Part shown: positions 45,700 to 59,096 of the stretch, piece by piece
Position numbering within the stretch: the stretch's first letter is position 1
Layout: each line of letters starts with the position of its first letter
Source: Bacteroidales bacterium
Lineage (GTDB): Bacteria; Bacteroidota; Bacteroidia; Bacteroidales; NBLH01
Direction: 5' to 3'
NCBI GenBank assembly: GCA_050296515.1
Contig: JBNKRJ010000003.1
Location: 462 to 64,461 of the forward strand
DNA length: 64,000 nucleotides
Notes under the pieces: generated by a model
Seen by the model: the letters and a program-made list of their open reading frames with translations, nothing else
Databases searched by the model: none
Told to the model about the DNA's origin: nothing
Program-made: the position numbers and the translations under genes

Positions 45700-47499
45700 A
45701 TGCGAATTTCAATTACAAAAAAGCTGATAATTTACTCCTTAGCTCTAGGGTTATCGTCAACAAGTATAATTGGAGTTTACACCTATATCAGAATAAAAGA
45801 TGCTTTACTGTCCAGAACTTTTGATCAGCTTATTTCAATCAGAAACGAAAAAACGAAAAGGATTGAAAGCTTCTTTAATGAGCGGAGCAAAGATTTACAG
45901 AACCTTATAAACTTTGAAGACGTAAAAAAGTTAGTCAAACTGCTTAATTCCGAAAACTATTATGCCGAAAACCAAAATAAGGACAGGCTTGAGTCAGTTT
46001 ATAATGATTATATTGCTGGATATTTGCAGGCAAACAATTTTTACGAAAAGTTAATTCTTTGTAATTCAGCCAACAAAACATTTCAATTTGATGTTAAAAA
46101 TAAAACGCTTCTTTTCAATAAAGTTGATGCTTTAGACAGATCTCTTTTGAATGAAATTTTAACAGATAACATTAAAACCGATTCATTGTTGCTATTTGAA
46201 AAAAAACCAATTGAGAATCAAACCAATCCAACCTTAATTATAGCCGATAAAACGCCTGATAATAATGGAGGTGTTGTTGTTGTAATGCTGGAAGTTTCAA
46301 TGAAACCTATTGACCAGATTATGTTTGAAGACAATCCTCAAAATGGCTTGGGAGAAACCGGCGAGGCCTATATTGTAGGTGAAGATTTGTTAATGCGAAG
46401 CAGTTCAAGGTTTCAGAAAAATTCAGTTTACAGTACGGTTGTTAATACAGAAGCGGTTCAATTAGCTTTTAACGATACTATTGGTAAAAAAAAGATAATT
46501 GATTATCGTAATGTGCTCGTATTGAGTTCTTTTGGACGCATACAACACGGAAGAATTAATTGGGCAATTTTAGCTGAAATTGATTATACAGAAGCCATAG
46601 TTCCAATAAAAGAAATACGGGGAAGCATTTTCTATCTACTAATAATTATTGGACTTTTTATGTTAGGTGTAATTGCTGTAGTTTCTAACATGATTGCAGC
46701 ACCAATAAAAAAGCTAAGGCAGGTAACTGATAAAATCACACTGGGTGAGTATGGTCAAACCCTTGATTTAGATATCAATGACGAGATTGGAGATTTAATT
46801 CATGCATTTAATGAAATGACCTCCAGATTAAAGCTTCAGTCAGAAAAACTTGAAGAACAAAAGTTATTAAGTCTTCAGTCCCTTATTGATGGTCAGGAAA
46901 TTGAACGCCAAAGGTTATCAAGGGAACTTCATGATGGGTTGGCTCAACTAATACTGGCAATAAAAATGAGAACGGAGAGGGCCCTTAACGTTCACCCGGA
47001 TGTAGCGCAACAAATCATTAAAGACTCAAAAGAATTATTAAGTCAAACTCTAGCCGAAATTCGAAATATTTCTAATAATTTGATGCCTGCTGTTCTTACT
47101 AATTTTGGTCTTAAGCAAGCATTAATGAACCTTGTGAATGAAACCGAAAAGATCCAAAAATTTTCTATCTACTATAGTTGTAAAAGTGAATTACTAATTA
47201 ATAATAAAAAAATCGAAACATATATTTACAGAATCATTCAGGAAGCATTTAACAACATAGTAAAACACGCTAATGCCAAGAAGGTAGAACTTGTTATCAT
47301 GCTCAAAAATAGTCAGTTAGATATATGTGTTTCTGATGATGGCGAAGGCTTTGATGCAGGTAATGGTCATCTGAATTCAGGTAATGGAATTTCAAATATG
47401 AAAGAAAGAGTTTCGTTATTAGGTGGTAAATTTAAACTTACAAGTAAGTCTGGAAACGGAACAAAATTAGATATATCAATACCATTTAATCATGAGTAG
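45700..47499 (+). CDS. sensor histidine kinase (extracytoplasmic sensor + HAMP + HisKA_3 + HATPase)
   Basis: Two TM helices flank a ~280-aa external domain. HAMP DEIGDLIHAFNEMTSRL. H-box ERQRLSRELHDGLAQ. N-box FNNIVKHANA. Also DDGEGF and GNGISNMKERV. Confidence 0.9.
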   Translation: MRISITKKLIIYSLALGLSSTSIIGVYTYIRIKDALLSRTFDQLISIRNEKTKRIESFFNERSKDLQNLINFEDVKKLVKLLNSENYYAENQNKDRLESVYNDYIAGYLQANNFYEKLILCNSANKTFQFDVKNKTLLFNKVDALDRSLLNEILTDNIKTDSLLLFEKKPIENQTNPTLIIADKTPDNNGGVVVVMLEVSMKPIDQIMFEDNPQNGLGETGEAYIVGEDLLMRSSSRFQKNSVYSTVVNTEAVQLAFNDTIGKKKIIDYRNVLVLSSFGRIQHGRINWAILAEIDYTEAIVPIKEIRGSIFYLLIIIGLFMLGVIAVVSNMIAAPIKKLRQVTDKITLGEYGQTLDLDINDEIGDLIHAFNEMTSRLKLQSEKLEEQKLLSLQSLIDGQEIERQRLSRELHDGLAQLILAIKMRTERALNVHPDVAQQIIKDSKELLSQTLAEIRNISNNLMPAVLTNFGLKQALMNLVNETEKIQKFSIYYSCKSELLINNKKIETYIYRIIQEAFNNIVKHANAKKVELVIMLKNSQLDICVSDDGEGFDAGNGHLNSGNGISNMKERVSLLGGKFKLTSKSGNGTKLDISIPFNHE

Positions 47500-48142
47500 T
47501 TTACGCATAATATTAGCCGACGATCATCACTTATTTCGAGATGGAATAAAGTCGTTATTAATGGATGAAGAATCCATTGAAATTGTAGGAGAAGTTTCGA
47601 GTGGAGTCGAGTTGTTAGAATTACTCAAAGAGGTTTCAACAGATTTAATCATCTCTGATATAAGCATGCCCAAAATGAATGGTATTGAAGCATGTCGGAT
47701 TATAAAGCAAGATTATCCTGATATTAAATTCCTTATCCTATCAATGCATAATAATGAGGAATTCATTAAAGAGGCTATTTCTATGGGTGCAAACGGATAC
47801 CTCCCAAAAGACATTTCTCGGGAAGAATTGCTGAAAGGGATATTTGCCATCAAAAATGGACAGGATTATTTTAGTGAGGAGGTTTCAAAAACCATTATGC
47901 AAAGCTTTATTCAAAAGGTAAAGCATGAAGATGAGAAGAAAGAAGAATGCCTGACAAAACGAGAAATTGAAATTCTAAAATATGTTTCAGAAGGGTATAT
48001 CAATAAGGAAATCGCTGATTTACTAAGCATAAGCATTCGAACTGTTGATTCACATAAAAATAACATTATGAACAAGCTAAAGCTAAAATCATCAATCGAT
48101 ATGGTTAAATATGCAATCAAAAACAACCTTGTAAAGCTTTAA
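47492..48142 (+). CDS. NarL/LuxR-family response regulator
   Basis: Receiver motifs ILADDH and DISMPKMNG. C-terminal HTH LTKREIEILKYVSEGYINKEIADLLSISIRTVDSHKNNIMNKL. Overlaps the kinase gene by 8 nt. Confidence 0.92.
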   Translation: MSSLRIILADDHHLFRDGIKSLLMDEESIEIVGEVSSGVELLELLKEVSTDLIISDISMPKMNGIEACRIIKQDYPDIKFLILSMHNNEEFIKEAISMGANGYLPKDISREELLKGIFAIKNGQDYFSEEVSKTIMQSFIQKVKHEDEKKEECLTKREIEILKYVSEGYINKEIADLLSISIRTVDSHKNNIMNKLKLKSSIDMVKYAIKNNLVKL

Positions 48143-48248
48143 AATTTATCAACCCATTTAATCTTTTTCAATCATCACCTCTTGCTGTTAAACAGTATTT
48201 AGATAAGAAAATATTTGTCGTTTAAAACATCTGTCTGGTCGCTCCATC

Positions 48249-48287
48249 TCAATCTTCCATCAATCTTTATCAATTCCTTTCAATCTT
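48249..48287 (+). promoter_or_regulatory. four helically phased TCAAT(C/T)(T/C)T direct repeats (candidate regulator binding array)
   Basis: TCAAT cores start at 48249, 48260, 48270 and 48280, giving spacings of 11, 10 and 10 nt. The array lies between the response regulator gene and the porin-amt operon. Confidence 0.4.
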
Positions 48288-48414
48288 ACAATAACCGATA
48301 CTTTGTATCCAGGTAAATTACCTACTCTTCTAAGTAAATTCTTCAGATCTGCTTCCAAATTTCCCTTATTAAAAATCAGCGAAAACCTCTATTTTCTAAT
48401 CATCAGGTGTATTC

Positions 48415-48422
48415 TAGCTTTG
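48415..48422 (+). promoter_or_regulatory. Bacteroidota-type -7 box TAGCTTTG
   Basis: Match to TAnnTTTG, 35 nt upstream of the ATG at 48458. Confidence 0.35.
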
Positions 48423-48457
48423 TTGATGAATTTTAGATAACCTAATTACTTAATTTT

Positions 48458-49270
48458 ATGAAAAGAATATTAAAAATTGCGATTTGCTTAAGTTTCCTGT
48501 GCTTAAGTTTTGCAGGTTTTGCTCAGGATTCGACTAAAACCTCAAATGTAAATTTTGATTTTGGAGCTGATCTTGTTAGCCGTTATGTTTGGAGAGGAAC
48601 CCAGTTTGGTGGCTCATCTCCGGCTTTGCAACCTGGAGCTTCAATTGGGATTGGCGGACTTGAAATTGGTGCATGGGGATCTTATTCTATGGGTGGTGTA
48701 AATCCTGCTCAGGAGTTTGATTTATATGTTAGTTACACCTTTGCTGACATGATTACTGTTACTCTTAACGATTATTTCTTTCCTGTAGAAGGTGATGATT
48801 ACAAATATTTTAATTACAAGGAAAAAGAAACCAGTCATATTCTTGAGGCGGCAGTTAGCTTTAACGGTACCGAAAACTTTCCCGTCTCACTATTGTTAGC
48901 TATGAATTTTTATGGTGCTGATAACAAAAAGATCAATGATGATCCAAGCAGTCCTGAATTTAACCAGGAAGACGGTATTCAATATTCAAGCTATGTAGAA
49001 ATTGGATACTCCACCACAATAAATGAAGTAGGTATTGATGCATTTATGGGATTTGCTTTAAATAATCCTAAAAAAGCAGATCCTGACTTAGGCCTTGGTT
49101 ATGTGGGAGAAATAGGTCTTTATGGCGATAGTTTTGGCGTTGTTAATCTTGGTCTAACTGCTTCGAAAGAAGTAAAAATTACTGATAAATATAGTTTGCC
49201 TTTATCGGCATCTATTATAACCAATCCTCAGGCAGAAAAAGTCTATTTCGTGTTTGGGATTACCTTTTAA
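48458..49270 (+). CDS. putative outer-membrane porin (TorF/Gcw_chp-like) upstream of amt
   Basis: Signal peptide, then FGADLVSRYVWRGTQFGGSSPALQPG, which resembles the TorF-family motif. The C-terminus has a beta-strand pattern ending FGITF. Confidence 0.65.
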   Translation: MKRILKIAICLSFLCLSFAGFAQDSTKTSNVNFDFGADLVSRYVWRGTQFGGSSPALQPGASIGIGGLEIGAWGSYSMGGVNPAQEFDLYVSYTFADMITVTLNDYFFPVEGDDYKYFNYKEKETSHILEAAVSFNGTENFPVSLLLAMNFYGADNKKINDDPSSPEFNQEDGIQYSSYVEIGYSTTINEVGIDAFMGFALNNPKKADPDLGLGYVGEIGLYGDSFGVVNLGLTASKEVKITDKYSLPLSASIITNPQAEKVYFVFGITF

Positions 49271-49295
49271 TTCAATTACTTTCAAATTAAATACT

Positions 49296-50513
49296 ATGTT
49301 TGATACAGGTACATCTGCGTTTATGGTCTTATGCACCAGTTTGGTGATGTTAATGACCCCCGGCTTGGCATTCTTTTATGGTGGACTAGCCGGAAAAAGA
49401 AACATTTTGGGCATTATGATGCAAACATTTGTTTCTTTAGGTATAACAACTGTTATGTGGGTAACTATTGGATACTCAATTTGTTTCAGTGGAGGCGAGG
49501 GCCAAATCATTGGCAATCTTGACCTGGTATTTTTGAACAATATTCCTTTTGATCAGGCCTATAGTGGTGCTGACGGAATGTATCCAACCTTTATCTTTAT
49601 TGCTTATCAAATGATGTTTGCAATTATCACACCAGCGCTTATTACTGGTGCTTTTGTAAACCGTGTAACATTTAAGGCTTATCTTATTTTCCTTGTACTT
49701 TGGCAATTGTTTGTTTATTATCCTTTCGTTCACATGATTTGGGGTGGTGGACTACTTGCTAAATGGGGTGTTCTTGACTTTGCTGGTGGTGTAGTTGTTC
49801 ACGCAACAGCCGGTTTTGCTGCGCTTGCTTCGGTTATCTATGTCGGAAAACGAAGAGACCGACAGTCACCTCCAAACAGTATTCCATTGGTAGCCATTGG
49901 TACAGGTCTACTTTGGTTCGGATGGTACGGATTTAATGCCGGTAGTGAGCTAAAAGTTGATGCCGTTACCACATTAGCGTTTTTAAATACTGACGTTGCA
50001 GCATCATTTGCAGCCATCACTTGGTTGATAATTGAATGGTCGCGTGAAGGAAAACCTAAGTTTGTAGGACTTTTAACTGGTGCGGTAGCTGGTCTTGCAA
50101 CTATTACTCCGGCTGCAGGTTTTGTTCCATTATGGGCAGCTATGATCATTGGAATTGCCGCTGGTGCACTGTGCTACGTTGCAGTTCAGTTTAAAAACAA
50201 ATTAGGCTGGGACGATGCTCTTGATGTTTGGGGTGTTCACGGCATGGGTGGTGTTTTCGGAACCATTTGTCTTGGAATTTTTGCCTCTACAACAGTAAAT
50301 ACTCAGGCTGGATTAATCGAAGGAGATGCTGGTTTCTTCTTTAAAGAAGTTGTGGCTGTTCTTGTAGGTGCCGTTTATGCATTTGCGTTTACATATCTTA
50401 TGCTGGCAGTTATTAATTACATAACTAAAGTGAAAGTTACAGTAGAAATTGAAGATTCAGGATTGGATCAATCGCTTCATGGTGAGAAAGCTTATGACGA
50501 AGGTGCTCTTTAA
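49296..50513 (+). CDS. amt: ammonium transporter
   Basis: Amt signatures DFAGGVVVHATAGFAAL and DVWGVHGMGGVFG. I place the start at ATG 49296 (MFDTGTSAFMVL). Confidence 0.92.
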   Translation: MFDTGTSAFMVLCTSLVMLMTPGLAFFYGGLAGKRNILGIMMQTFVSLGITTVMWVTIGYSICFSGGEGQIIGNLDLVFLNNIPFDQAYSGADGMYPTFIFIAYQMMFAIITPALITGAFVNRVTFKAYLIFLVLWQLFVYYPFVHMIWGGGLLAKWGVLDFAGGVVVHATAGFAALASVIYVGKRRDRQSPPNSIPLVAIGTGLLWFGWYGFNAGSELKVDAVTTLAFLNTDVAASFAAITWLIIEWSREGKPKFVGLLTGAVAGLATITPAAGFVPLWAAMIIGIAAGALCYVAVQFKNKLGWDDALDVWGVHGMGGVFGTICLGIFASTTVNTQAGLIEGDAGFFFKEVVAVLVGAVYAFAFTYLMLAVINYITKVKVTVEIEDSGLDQSLHGEKAYDEGAL

Positions 50514-50543
50514 AGCTTAATCATTCAAAATTATTACATGAAG

Positions 50544-50570
50544 TCCCGGGCAAGTTGTCCGGGATTTTTT
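50544..50570 (+). terminator. rho-independent terminator after amt
   Basis: 'tcccgg' (50544-50549) pairs with 'ccggga' (50559-50564), followed by T6. Confidence 0.75.
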
Positions 50571-50637
50571 GTAAATGCATTTGTACTATCCATCAAATAC
50601 TCATTTCTGATCAAAACTGCTCGTTTTAAAATCTGAA

Positions 50638-50645
50638 TAATTTTG
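50638..50645 (+). promoter_or_regulatory. Bacteroidota-type -7 box TAATTTTG
   Basis: Match to TAnnTTTG, 34 nt upstream of the ATG at 50680. Confidence 0.35.
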
Positions 50646-50679
50646 CCATATTTGCAGAAACCTAACTTACTATATCATT

Positions 50680-54042
<3,363 letters not shown>

Positions 54043-54070
54043 ATTTTTTTGTACATACTGTATAAGAATT

Positions 54071-54107
54071 AAGGCGTAAAATGGTTTTAGAACTGTTTTG
54101 CGCCTTT
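54071..54107 (+). terminator. hairpin terminator after icmF
   Basis: 'aaggcgtaaaa' (54071-54081) pairs with 'ttttgcgcctt' (54096-54106): 11 bp including one G-U, with a 14-nt loop. Confidence 0.55.
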
Positions 54108-54223
54108 CGCTTAACTTGGGGTGTTCCTATCAGAACTTTTTTTTATTATTCCGGTATAATTTCATAGATTTAGCCATTATTTTGGCTGTTTTTCGAAAAC
54201 AAAGGCAAATAACACAACAAAAA

Positions 54224-54451
54224 ATGAAACGACTTTTAGCAAACATAGGTGGCTTTTTGGCCATTTCAGGAATTATATCAACCATCCTATATTTAATTGA
54301 TTATGAGGTTTCTATTCTTAACTGGATTAATTCAGGCGGACCTATGCTTGGATGGGTTATACGTATAGGGCTTATTGTAATCGGTGTTTTATTGTTTTTT
54401 TTGGTTGGCAAAAGTTCTGAAGATGACACATTTGCTGAGGAGGATAAATAA
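54224..54451 (+). CDS. small membrane protein
   Basis: 75 aa from ATG 54224 (MKRLLANIGGFLAISGIISTILYLI...). It has hydrophobic helices and an acidic tail. The longer TTG-initiated ORF from 54098 would start inside the icmF terminator hairpin. Confidence 0.5.
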   Translation: MKRLLANIGGFLAISGIISTILYLIDYEVSILNWINSGGPMLGWVIRIGLIVIGVLLFFLVGKSSEDDTFAEEDK

Positions 54452-54632
54452 TCAAATTACAAATTAACCATTAGAAACTGGAAATTTGTTTTTCAGTACT
54501 TAGCATTGAATGGCAAATAGAATAATTAGACCTTTGGAAGTTATTATGATTGAGTTTTGCAAAAAGTATAGTTTGCAATCAATAAGCTCTATTTTCAAAC
54601 TATTCAAAAAGTTCAATTGTATAAAAAGACTT

Positions 54633-54691
54633 AAACCTGACAGGCTTTAGTAGTTAATACTTTGCAATCAGCAAAAAGCAAACCTGACAGG
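54633..54691. repeat. two copies of the palindromic word AAACCTGACAGG in a convergent intergenic region
   Basis: 'aaacctgacagg' occurs at 54633-54644 and 54680-54691. The second extends to the palindrome 'aaacctg a caggttt'. Related 'cctgacagg' / 'cctgtcagg' words occur at 59196-59204 and 19894-19902. Confidence 0.55.
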
Positions 54692-54709
54692 TTTTAATAA
54701 GTCAGTTAT

Positions 54710-55285
54710 TTAGTATAATCTTTCGTCTCTTTCAAAATACGCTTGTGGATGCGCACATGCTGGACATTCTTTTGGTGCTTTGTCACTTTCGTGCAAGAAA
54801 CCACAGTTTCTACATTTCCAGATTATTTTACCGTCTTTTTTGAATACTTTTCCTGCTTCCAGGTTATCATATAGTGTACGATATCTTTCTTCATGAGCTT
54901 TTTCAACTTTTGCAATCATTCTAAAAGCGTTTGCGACTTGTTTAAAGCCTTCTTCTTCTGCAATTTTAGCAAATTCCGGGTATAATTCGGTCCACTCTTC
55001 GTTTTCGCCATCAGCAGCAGCTTTTAGATTTTCCAAAGTGGTTCCAATAACTCCTGCAGGATAACTTGCAGTGATTTCGCACATGCCGCCTTCTAAAAAC
55101 TTAAAGAAAATTTTTGCATGTTCTTTTTCGTTTAATGCAGTTTCATCAAAAATAGCTGCTATTTGTTCCAAACCTTCTTTTTTAGCTTGTTTTGCAAAAT
55201 AATCGTAACGCATACGTGCCTGCGATTCGCCTGCAAAAGCTTTAAGCAAGTTCTGTTCAGTTTTTGTGCCTTTTAAACTACTCAT
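54710..55285 (-). CDS. rbr: rubrerythrin
   Basis: Ferritin-like N-terminal domain ([28 protein letters not shown]) plus a C-terminal rubredoxin-like CRNCG...CPACAHP. Confidence 0.92.
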   Translation of the reverse strand: MSSLKGTKTEQNLLKAFAGESQARMRYDYFAKQAKKEGLEQIAAIFDETALNEKEHAKIFFKFLEGGMCEITASYPAGVIGTTLENLKAAADGENEEWTELYPEFAKIAEEEGFKQVANAFRMIAKVEKAHEERYRTLYDNLEAGKVFKKDGKIIWKCRNCGFLHESDKAPKECPACAHPQAYFERDERLY

Positions 55286-55526
55286 AATAATTTAATATTT
55301 AATGGTTTATAACTTAAATTGAATTTTAAAAGAGTCTCTAAATTAGGGAAATAATCATCTTGAATGAATTTAAATAAGAACTTAGAAATTAGAGTTTCCA
55401 TAATCTAAACCGGTGTTGATTCATTAGTAAAATATACTAAGTTTTAATTTCAAATAACTAATTTCCAGAAAAGAAAAACCCGATCTGATCGCTCAAACCG
55501 GGCTTATTCATTATTAGTGAAGTATA

Positions 55527-56540
55527 TTATTTAGCCAAGGCCTCTCGAATTTTTTGATTCAATTCTTCTGCTAACTCTGGGTTGTCTTTTATTAATGACT
55601 TAACCGCTTCACGGCCCTGACCTAATTTAGTTTCTCCGTAGCTAAACCACGAACCACTTTTCTTAATGATTTCCTTTTCAACGCCAAGGTCAATAATTTC
55701 CCCGGTTTTTGAAATACCTTCGCCATACATCAGGTCAAATTCAGCCTTTTTAAATGGAGGAGCTACTTTGTTTTTTACAATTTTGACCCTGGTGCGGTTT
55801 CCTTTTACATCTTCGCCATCTTTAATACTACCTATACGACGTACATCAACCCTTACCGAAGCATAAAACTTTAATGCATTACCACCAGTTGTTGTTTCAG
55901 GGTTGCCAAACATTACACCAATTTTTTCTCGCAACTGGTTAATGAATATTACGCAAGTATTTGTTTTACTGATGGTTGCAGTCAGTTTTCTTAAGGCTTG
56001 TGACATCAGTCTGGCTTGTAAGCCCATTTTGGAATCACCCATTTCGCCTTCAATCTCCGCTTTTGGAGTCAAGGCTGCAACTGAGTCAATTACAATAATA
56101 TCAATAGCTCCTGAGCGAATTAAATGATCTGCAATTTCCAGAGCTTGTTCTCCATTATCAGGTTGTGAAATCAACAAATTCTCAATATCTACGCCAAGTG
56201 CCTCAGCATAAAAACGATCAAAAGCATGCTCGGCATCAATAAAAGCTGCAATGCCACCCTCGGCCTGGGCTTCGGCAATAGCATGAATGGCCAGTGTTGT
56301 TTTACCTGATGATTCAGGACCATATATTTCAATAATTCGCCCCCTTGGATAACCTCCTACGCCCAGTGCAACATCCAGTTCAATTGAACCACTTTTAATA
56401 GCAGGAATATCGACAACAACATCATCGCCCATTTTCATAATGGTTCCCTTACCATAGTTTTTGTCAATCTTATCAAGTGTTACCTGAAGCGCTTTTAATT
56501 TCTCCTGCGCTAAGCTTTTTTCTTCTTTTTCCTTGGCCAT
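55527..56540 (-). CDS. recA: recombinase RecA
   Basis: Walker [12 protein letters not shown], plus [11 protein letters not shown] and [16 protein letters not shown]. Confidence 0.97.
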   Translation of the reverse strand: MAKEKEEKSLAQEKLKALQVTLDKIDKNYGKGTIMKMGDDVVVDIPAIKSGSIELDVALGVGGYPRGRIIEIYGPESSGKTTLAIHAIAEAQAEGGIAAFIDAEHAFDRFYAEALGVDIENLLISQPDNGEQALEIADHLIRSGAIDIIVIDSVAALTPKAEIEGEMGDSKMGLQARLMSQALRKLTATISKTNTCVIFINQLREKIGVMFGNPETTTGGNALKFYASVRVDVRRIGSIKDGEDVKGNRTRVKIVKNKVAPPFKKAEFDLMYGEGISKTGEIIDLGVEKEIIKKSGSWFSYGETKLGQGREAVKSLIKDNPELAEELNQKIREALAK

Positions 56541-56613
56541 TTTTTTCTTATTTGAACTTTGTATATTTGAAATTAAAAACTGGAATTTCTATCTAACCTC
56601 TAATTTCTAACTT

Positions 56614-57069
56614 CTAGTATCCCATTTCTTTTAAAATCTGGGCTGCATGCTCTTTTGTTTTTACCTTATTGATAATTTTTTCAATAATTCCATCTTCTGA
56701 AATAATAAATGTAGTTCTGAGAACACCCATGTATTTTTTCCCGTACATGTTTTTCTCACCCCAAACACCATAAGCATTTAGTACTTCTTTTTCAGTATCA
56801 GGAACTAAAGCAAACGGCAAATTGTGCTTGGTTTTAAAGTTCTCGTGACTTTTTTCAGAATCAGGGCTTACACCAATTACTTCAAAACCCTTTGCTTTCA
56901 AATCATCGTAATTGTCCCGTAAATCACACGATTCTGCAGTACAACCAGGAGTGTTATCCTTCGGATAAAAGTACAAAATCACCTTTTTTCCTTTAATATC
57001 TGATTTTTTTAATCCTGCTTTCTCAATTAAAAAGTCGGGTGCTTTATCACCTTCTTTTAAATGTGTCAT
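56614..57069 (-). CDS. bcp: thioredoxin-dependent peroxiredoxin Bcp
   Basis: Peroxidatic Cys context YFYPKDNTPGCTAESC. 151 aa. Confidence 0.9.
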   Translation of the reverse strand: MTHLKEGDKAPDFLIEKAGLKKSDIKGKKVILYFYPKDNTPGCTAESCDLRDNYDDLKAKGFEVIGVSPDSEKSHENFKTKHNLPFALVPDTEKEVLNAYGVWGEKNMYGKKYMGVLRTTFIISEDGIIEKIINKVKTKEHAAQILKEMGY

Positions 57070-57240
57070 TTTTACTTAGTTTTAAGTTTAGCATACAAAT
57101 ATACGTACATCAAACGCTTCTGCATACTAAAAAGTTCACGATTTATTAACAAAATTGCAACATCGGTTAGTCACCAGCCATTGGACGCTGGTTTAGAGGT
57201 GAAAATGCCAAAATTTAATGATAAAAGACTTCTTTATAAA

Positions 57241-58425
57241 CTAAATTTCATCGCAAGTTTTCACTATTTTTTCAATAACTAAATCAATTTCGCATTCTGT
57301 AATGGTCAGCGGTGGGGAAATCCTAAACCTGGTATCATCATAGAGAAACCAGTCTGACACCAATCCGTTTTGCATTCCTTTTTCGATAAATTTGTACAGA
57401 TTTTTGCTATTACCTAGTGCTACTGAGTAAATTAGTCCATCGCCTCTTACTTCTTGTATTTTAGGATGTTGTAACTTGCTTTTTAATAATGTTCCAAGTT
57501 TCTCTGCTTTTTTTGCCAGGTTGTTCCTTAGCAATACCTTTAAATTTGCTAAGGAGGCAGCAGCCGAAACAGGGTGCCCTCCAAAAGTGGTAATGTGTCC
57601 TAAAACTGGATTGAATGTAAGACTATCCATAATTTTTTTTGACGAAACAAATGCTCCAATAGGCATACCTCCCCCCATTCCTTTTGCAATGGTGAAAATA
57701 TCAGGTGTTACCTTGTATTTTTGAAAGGCAAATAATTCCCCGGATCTTCCAAATCCAGTTTGAATTTCATCAAAGATCAATAGTGTACTGGTTTCATCAC
57801 ATCTTTTTCTTAGTTTTCCTAAAAAATCATTTTCGGGGGGTACAATTCCCGCTTCCCCTTGGATTGGTTCTGCAACAACACAAGCAGTTTTCTCAGTTAT
57901 TTCACTAAGCTCATCTTCATTGTTAAATTCAAGCAGTTTTACATCAGGCATTAACGGCCTGAAAGCTCTTGAGAATTTTTTTTCACTCATTAAGCTCATA
58001 AGTGCCTGGGTACTACCATGATATGCCTTTTTAAAGGCGATTACTTCACTCCGTCCCGTATAACGTTTTGCCAACTTAATTGCGCCCTCATTGGCTTCAC
58101 TTCCTGAATTAACAAAATAAACACTTTCCAGCGTTTCAGGAAGTTGGTCTGTTAATAATTTTGCATAGTCAACCTGTGGAGCTTGTATAAATTCTCCGTA
58201 AACCATTAAATGCATGTGCTTTTCCGCTTGTTCTTTAACTGCATTAACAATTTCAGGATGCCCATGTCCAAGATTGCTTACCGAGACCCCTGCAACCAAA
58301 TCGATGTATTTTTTTCCATCCGTGCCGATTAAATAGATGCCTTCAGCTCTCTCAATCTCAAGACCCATTGGTGATGGAGAGGTTTGACCAACGTGCTGTA
58401 GAAATAATTGTCGCTGTGAAATCAT
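57241..58425 (-). CDS. class-III PLP-dependent aminotransferase (acetylornithine/ornithine aminotransferase-like)
   Basis: LIFDEIQTGFGRSG and PLP-Lys context FTIAKGMGGGMPIGA. Confidence 0.88.
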   Translation of the reverse strand: MISQRQLFLQHVGQTSPSPMGLEIERAEGIYLIGTDGKKYIDLVAGVSVSNLGHGHPEIVNAVKEQAEKHMHLMVYGEFIQAPQVDYAKLLTDQLPETLESVYFVNSGSEANEGAIKLAKRYTGRSEVIAFKKAYHGSTQALMSLMSEKKFSRAFRPLMPDVKLLEFNNEDELSEITEKTACVVAEPIQGEAGIVPPENDFLGKLRKRCDETSTLLIFDEIQTGFGRSGELFAFQKYKVTPDIFTIAKGMGGGMPIGAFVSSKKIMDSLTFNPVLGHITTFGGHPVSAAASLANLKVLLRNNLAKKAEKLGTLLKSKLQHPKIQEVRGDGLIYSVALGNSKNLYKFIEKGMQNGLVSDWFLYDDTRFRISPPLTITECEIDLVIEKIVKTCDEI

Positions 58426-58430
58426 GGTTG

Positions 58431-59096
58431 CTATTTTCTGTTATAGTATTCTTTTTCAATTAGTTCTGAATTCTTAATGCTGGTTCTTAGCCAATCCAAT
58501 AAAATACTGTCTCTTTCTTCGTTTCCTAATTCCCAATTAATATCTGATTGCTTAAGTTTAAAAGTCAAATGATGTAAAATAATGGCTGCAGATACGGAAA
58601 TGTTAAAACTTTCTGTAAAACCGTACATAGGAATTTTCATGAACTCATCAGCATTATCCATTACAATATCTGAAAGTCCTGGCAACTCAGAACCGAAAAA
58701 TAAAGCAGCCTTCCCTTTTTTTAAGTCAAATTCTTCTAAATCAACATGGTTGGTGTGCGGAGTAGTGGCAACTATTCGATACCCTTTTTCTTTTAAGGTG
58801 TCAATGGTTGATAATGTGTTATTTCCCTCTTCGTTGTATTTATTTAAATTTAGCCATTTTGAGGCCCCTAACGCAACATCAGGGTTCACTGTGTACTCAT
58901 TCCTGTTTTCGATAATGTGTACATCCTGCACGCCAAAACAGTCGCATGTGCGTAAAACTGCACTGGCATTGTGAGGCTGAAAAATATCCTCTAACACTAC
59001 TGTAAGATAGCGAGTTCGGTATTGGACAACTTCATTAAATAGTTGCCATTTGTGTTCGGTTACTAAATTTTTAAGGTATTCAATTAAGCCAGTCAT
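58431..59096 (-). CDS. SpoU/TrmH-family RNA 2'-O-methyltransferase
   Basis: Motifs NASAVLRTCDCFGV, FGSELPGLS and IPMYGFTESFNISVSAAIILH. Confidence 0.85.
   Translation of the reverse strand: MTGLIEYLKNLVTEHKWQLFNEVVQYRTRYLTVVLEDIFQPHNASAVLRTCDCFGVQDVHIIENRNEYTVNPDVALGASKWLNLNKYNEEGNNTLSTIDTLKEKGYRIVATTPHTNHVDLEEFDLKKGKAALFFGSELPGLSDIVMDNADEFMKIPMYGFTESFNISVSAAIILHHLTFKLKQSDINWELGNEERDSILLDWLRTSIKNSELIEKEYYNRK

Noticed and set aside
58582-58974. 130-aa ORF antisense to the SpoU/TrmH methyltransferase gene
   Set aside because: It is fully contained in a well-supported gene and has no recognisable motifs.
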